DNA of 57,461 nt, counting the filler, from Platydemus manokwari (taxonomy: Eukaryota): NCBI GenBank assembly GCA_037951405.1. It is 5 parts of 5 records of this genome, joined end to end, with 100 filler letters (N's around TTAATTAATTAA, not from the genome) between each part and the next. Parts side by side here need not be neighbours in the genome. Positions count along the whole stretch, not along the records: positions 40,663 to 57,461 come from JBBMOY011141437.1; 4 more parts are not named here. One strand, 5' to 3'. Below are positions 52,641 to 57,461 of the stretch, piece by piece. How positions within the stretch are numbered: the first letter of the stretch is position 1; every line of letters starts with the position of its first letter. Under the pieces are notes generated by a model. It saw only the letters and a program-made list of their open reading frames with translations. It was not told the origin of the DNA and did no database searches. Made by a program: the position numbers and the translations under genes.

Positions 52641-52989
52641 TATCCAATTATAGCTAAACATCTATGTCTTGTGTGTATCTCAATATGTGTATTTTCTTAT
52701 ATCTATATCTTTATCTTATGTGTGTCATTCTACATCACCAATCCTTGAAGTCAGATTGCGTAGAAATTATTAAGCATTGGATTAGATAACATTTATAAAT
52801 ACCAAATACTAAAAAGCCTGAAAATTTCGACCATTGATTCAAATCTTTAAGAACTTTCAATATATTATAATTTTTTAGCTTGATGAAATTCTGGAATCCA
52901 AGAGATCAAGTCGAGTTAAAATATTAAAAAATATTAATTAATGGACACGAATAATATACAAAAATAACAAAAAACAAATAAAAATATGG

Positions 52990-53700
52990 AAAATAAATAG
53001 AAAACAAAGCCAAACAAAGCCTGGACTGGTATTCAACCTTAAAAAATATGAAATAATATGAAAGGGACAAAAAACAAAGGAAACATGATTTCGAAGTAAC
53101 AATGGTAAAAAGAAACAAGCCATTTTTGCAAAAGCACATACTCGAAGCTATACTTTTTAGTAAAGATAGAACAGATACCTAAGGGCTCCATAAGAAGAAA
53201 CCAATTTTATCAGCACAGCTTCACAACACAACTCTACTCTCACAAAACTAAATTTCGATAGCACAAAAATCTTCATTTATTGATATTTTGTAAATTATTA
53301 TAAAATAAAATTTTAATTTATCATTCAAATACCGACGAACTTTAGAAATTCGAAATCTTCAAGACATCATTCAATTAGAAATCGGTATTAAGAAGTCCTT
53401 GAAATTTTCTGCCGAACTGAATAAACTTTTCGAATTAATTAACTTTCGATGGTCGGTTACTAGCCATTTTAAATAGATAGTAGACATCAAGATGGTATAT
53501 CAAATCCTCTTTATTGTTTTTAAGATTATCCTGTCATTCTCCTTGAAGTATAAAGAAGTTTATTTTTGTTTTAATTAGATACTATAATAGTATTGGAAAA
53601 TTTGTGATTTTAATGAACATAATAAAATTTCCGAACTTTCATTGCTCATTCATTATTGTGTTTATTGGTTATAAATCTTATAATTCTGTGTCTATAGGTT
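52990..53700 (+). mobile_element. Possible LINE RT N-terminal remnant
   Basis: KPNKAWTG (cf. K.NKAPGPDG) and VDIKMVY (cf. LDI.KAYD). Confidence 0.3.
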
Positions 53701-54695
53701 TTCTTCAAATAAAGCTAGATTTAGTTGGAATATTATTGATAAAATTGGAAACATCAACAAAATACAAATCAGCAAAGGTCATCATTAAATTATAAATGTG
53801 AAATTTCATTTTTCAATGTCGTTTTGTTTTGGTCTAAAAGCTTTTCCTAAAGTTACCACGGCATTATCATATTTATACATGGATTGAAGCACATTATGAC
53901 ATGGAACCAAAGTGACAAAAATTATAAGTTGATAAAAATAAATAATGTGTAATGAAAGGCGAATACGGTGAAAAGGAACTTCATGATATATTGGCGTGAG
54001 AGAGAATTCTTATAAGACAGTAAAAGAGAATTACACTAGATTGGAGACATCATAGGACAGTTTTAGACATAGTTAGGCATCAAACTGAATAATGTAACCC
54101 ACTATTCTCCGAATAGAACACAAACCTTGGATATGCAACCATATTTCTGCATGTGTGTACCATAACGAATTCTAATCATGTCTTTTATAATTCAATGTTT
54201 AAATGGTACGTTGTAAGTGATATTGAATGTGATTGAAATGGCCGTGAATAAATTATACAAACAGTACTACCCAACACAAGGAACGGATTCCGAAAGTGAT
54301 TTATCAATAGATCGTTTATTAGGATTGTCAGTGATTCAATCGCCAAACTTTCGCAATAATATAATTAAAGTTTTCCTTGTTTTAAAAATGATTTAGTGAT
54401 ATTAATAAGAAATATCAAGGTGGGATGGCTTTTATTTTATTGAAGAATATGTTTCATGAAGTCTTAAGTCTAAATTGTTAGGCGATGCCTTTGTAAATGC
54501 ATCATCAATATGTCACATAACAGTTTCATTTGGACGTGATTCAAACAATTAATTTCCCATATATTAATGTTTATATTAAATCATTTACAAGGATATTAAT
54601 CATTTGATATCAAGAGTTGTTTAAAGTTGACTGGCATTGAAATAGATTGCTCGCTTGATTTTCCTTTGATACATGAAGTTATCTACTGGTTAATG

Positions 54696-56050
54696 CAGTG
54701 GTCTTCACATTTTTTGTGTTTGTGACCCACTTTACGAGTCCAAATTTTTTCGCGACCCCTAGGAGGACTAAAATAAAAATAATAAAGTAAATTTTTTTAA
54801 TAAAATTTTGTTTATAACAAAAAAATTAAAATATATTTAATATCATCTGTTAGTTGCTAAAAAATCTGCGTTTTTAATATTTAAATCAAAAGACCTGTTT
54901 TCAACCGAACAAAAAATATGTATTTATAATACATCCATTTTAAACAATTTTTAAAATATTTAAATTCTGATTTATCTTCTTTTTCTAAATTAATAAAATG
55001 CTCATATTTTTATAATACATCTTAATTTTTTTATTTAAAATTATATTTTGTAATTTTACTAATTTTAATATTTTTTTAAATTGAGAGGTTAACAGTAAAG
55101 CAAGATAATTTTATAAATATTCATATCATATAATTATTGATATATTTTTTAAAAATATCTTTAATTTATAATTTTAATCTTATGTAAATTTTAATTATAT
55201 ATATTATTTTTAATTAAACCTCACAATAGCAACGATTTTGCATATTCTGGTATAAAACATCAAATATAGGAACTATTTCGGTGAAGGCTGGTCTCAGTGC
55301 TAATTCCAAAATGGTTTTGGTCTTTAGATTATTTATTAAAAAGGAGGATTGTCTTCGATTATTAAAACATGTTAGTTCAGTTTTTATAATTTTTGGTTTT
55401 TTCGTCTCAATTATATTAACAGAATTGATTATACACAGCCGAATTCAATCAAGTTTATCACAAATCATGAAATCATTTTTAAAATAATTAAAATATGTGT
55501 ATTGCTAGAGTAAAGTTTTGATATTCTTGATTATCTTATTCCTAAGCATAAATGAATGGCTGTACTTTATTTTTACAACTAAAATATGAAAAGATTACTC
55601 TGAAATATCCACCGTAAAAGCTCATTTGCATTTACAATGAAACCATTAGCAATATTCTAAGTTTTGTAACGGTTAAGCACCAAATATATTTTTAAAAATT
55701 AATCTGAATCTTCTTTCTTCTTTTTTACATCGTTTGATGGATGATGATATTTCAATATTTGTTCTCAGTCACATCTCCAATCTTAGGCCTGGTAATTTCA
55801 GAAATCATCTCCACTCCATGACCAAGTAATTGTTAGATAAATATTCTCCATAATCATTGTCATATGGGGTCCACATTGAACAAGGGCTACGATGGTTTTA
55901 ATTATCAAGCCACATTTTATGAATTAATAATGAATATCAGACGTAAAATAGATTATCAAAATATGATTTCAAATAAACCCCATTCAAACATCTTACGGGT
56001 TAAGGTCAAACTCATTTCCGGTATAACACACTCCAGAATCATATCCAATT
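54696..56050 (-). mobile_element. Decayed hAT (Buster/Charlie/SPIN-like) transposon, 3' half with terminal inverted repeat
   Basis: Terminus CAGTGGTCTTCAC...GTGACCC...GCGACCC is typical of Charlie/Buster ends. Minus-strand motifs: LECVIPE (cf. HCIIHQE), DYGE (cf. EYGDL), AFTVDI (cf. LAFLVDI) and FW...LL*G (cf. YLCE.GFS). A second hAT fragment lies at about 54400-54680. Confidence 0.55.
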
Positions 56051-57461
56051 TTCATCATTGTTAATTGTTGTCATTGAGATATATTAGAATTTGACAACTT
56101 AACCGGATTAGAGGTCATTTATCATTTCATTTCATTTATTTATTTTTGAAGGATAATGAACAATAAATAAGATATTGATTAATTAATTAAATTAATGATT
56201 TAAATATTAAAATTATTGTTAAAGAATTGTTATTATTATTTTATTAATAATAATAATTTTTACCAGAAATATATAAAATCGATTATGAAAATCAAGTTAC
56301 TAAATCCTGAAAGCGTGATTCCTCAACATTAGTATTGATATCAATACAATATCTAAATCGCGCTTCACATACTGAACTCTATCTGCTGTAATCATATCTG
56401 CTCAATATAAAATTTAACCACAAAGTAAATAAATGGTTTTTTCTATCATGGAGTGAATTGCTCCATTGTAAGAAATGCTAGTAATAGTAATTACTTTTCT
56501 TTTTTTTGTAATACATAAATCAATTAACGTCTTAGAGAGAAAGTGCTTGAAAAAAGTGTCTAAAAAACCTATTATTGAACCATATGGCATTTCTCAACAC
56601 CATCTATCTATCTGGTGGAAAGCCTCCACAGCATTAGTTTTCCTACACGAGCAACAAAAGTGACAAACGATTTTCTCGTTACCTGCATTTCAATGGTGTG
56701 TTTTCAATGGATTCTACAGCTAATCAGTCTCATAAAAAAATATTTCGATTCCCGTGTATTAGTCGATGAATATTTTCAAAATTTTTATTTTTCTGTATCT
56801 TAGAAACCATGGAATGAAAATCGAACAGCTGAAAGATAATTTATTTCATTTTTTTTCAAAAAGGGAATAGAATGACATTTTTAATCAAAATCGACTTCAT
56901 TATTTTATTCGACGGCTGTTTCTGTTGCCAAACAGGCAGTCTTGATTAACGCCCTTTAGTAATATGACTTCGGGAGTCCAAATTTCAGCACGAAATGTTC
57001 GTTTAAAAATATTAGACGGTTCGCGATCGTTTCGCCAACTCAAACTGTGTCCACAAATCAGTTCTGATTGGAAATCTTTGGAATTGCGATATTTTACTGA
57101 ATTGAACGACAATTATATCCATTGAGTAGATAAATTATAAATAAAAATTATAAATAAATTATAAAATTAATTATTGATCTTTAAAACAAAGCAGAAAAAC
57201 AAAATAAGCACATTAATTAAAACAAAACTGTGTCAATGAAATTTCAATAAAGAAAACCAAGAAATAAAGTGAATCAATTTAAACAAAAAAACAAAATAAA
57301 ATCAATTTTGAATTTCTTTGTATTCGAGTTATATCCAACAATAAATTTTCAACAAACGTTTATTATAAGTTGTTATTTAAACCATATTTTATTATGTCAT
57401 CAATTCATTTAAACAAAATTCAAATATTTTACAAAATCTTTATGTATTGCAATGAAATGAT

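Noticed and set aside
1-57461. Alternative genetic code or stop readthrough explaining the many stop-interrupted protein-like stretches
   Set aside because: MED12, the CPT1 exons and the orphan gene read cleanly in the standard code, and the interrupted stretches also contain frameshifts, as expected for decay.

Overview
This is AT-rich eukaryotic (metazoan) nuclear DNA in the standard code, not a prokaryotic locus. It consists of five separate assembly pieces joined by artificial 100-nt spacers (N44-TTAATTAATTAA-N44), plus one plain 100-N gap. Three protein-coding loci are supported. (1) A complete Mediator subunit MED12 gene whose 5.8-kb CDS has no introns (44854-50691, +). (2) The first five coding exons of carnitine palmitoyltransferase 1 (CPT1, 39944-36294, -), with exon sizes almost identical to human CPT1A; the rest of the gene lies beyond the contig end. 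(3) A 5-exon orphan gene of about 252 aa with 44-48-nt introns (26941-28151, +), which the ORF track only partly shows. There is also a probable decayed pantothenate kinase (PANK) pseudogene (about 21.2-22.4 kb). Most remaining DNA is heavily decayed transposon sequence: CR1/L2, RTE and L1/Tx1-like LINEs, Penelope, Tc1/mariner, MULE, hAT, Merlin-like and two MITE-like elements. TE calls come from motif recognition by eye and their boundaries are approximate. I found no tRNA, rRNA or CRISPR array, and no convincing new multi-gene system. The best leads are the intronless MED12 with an N-terminal insertion, the orphan micro-intron gene, the PANK relic and a dispersed stem-loop with a compensatory base change.
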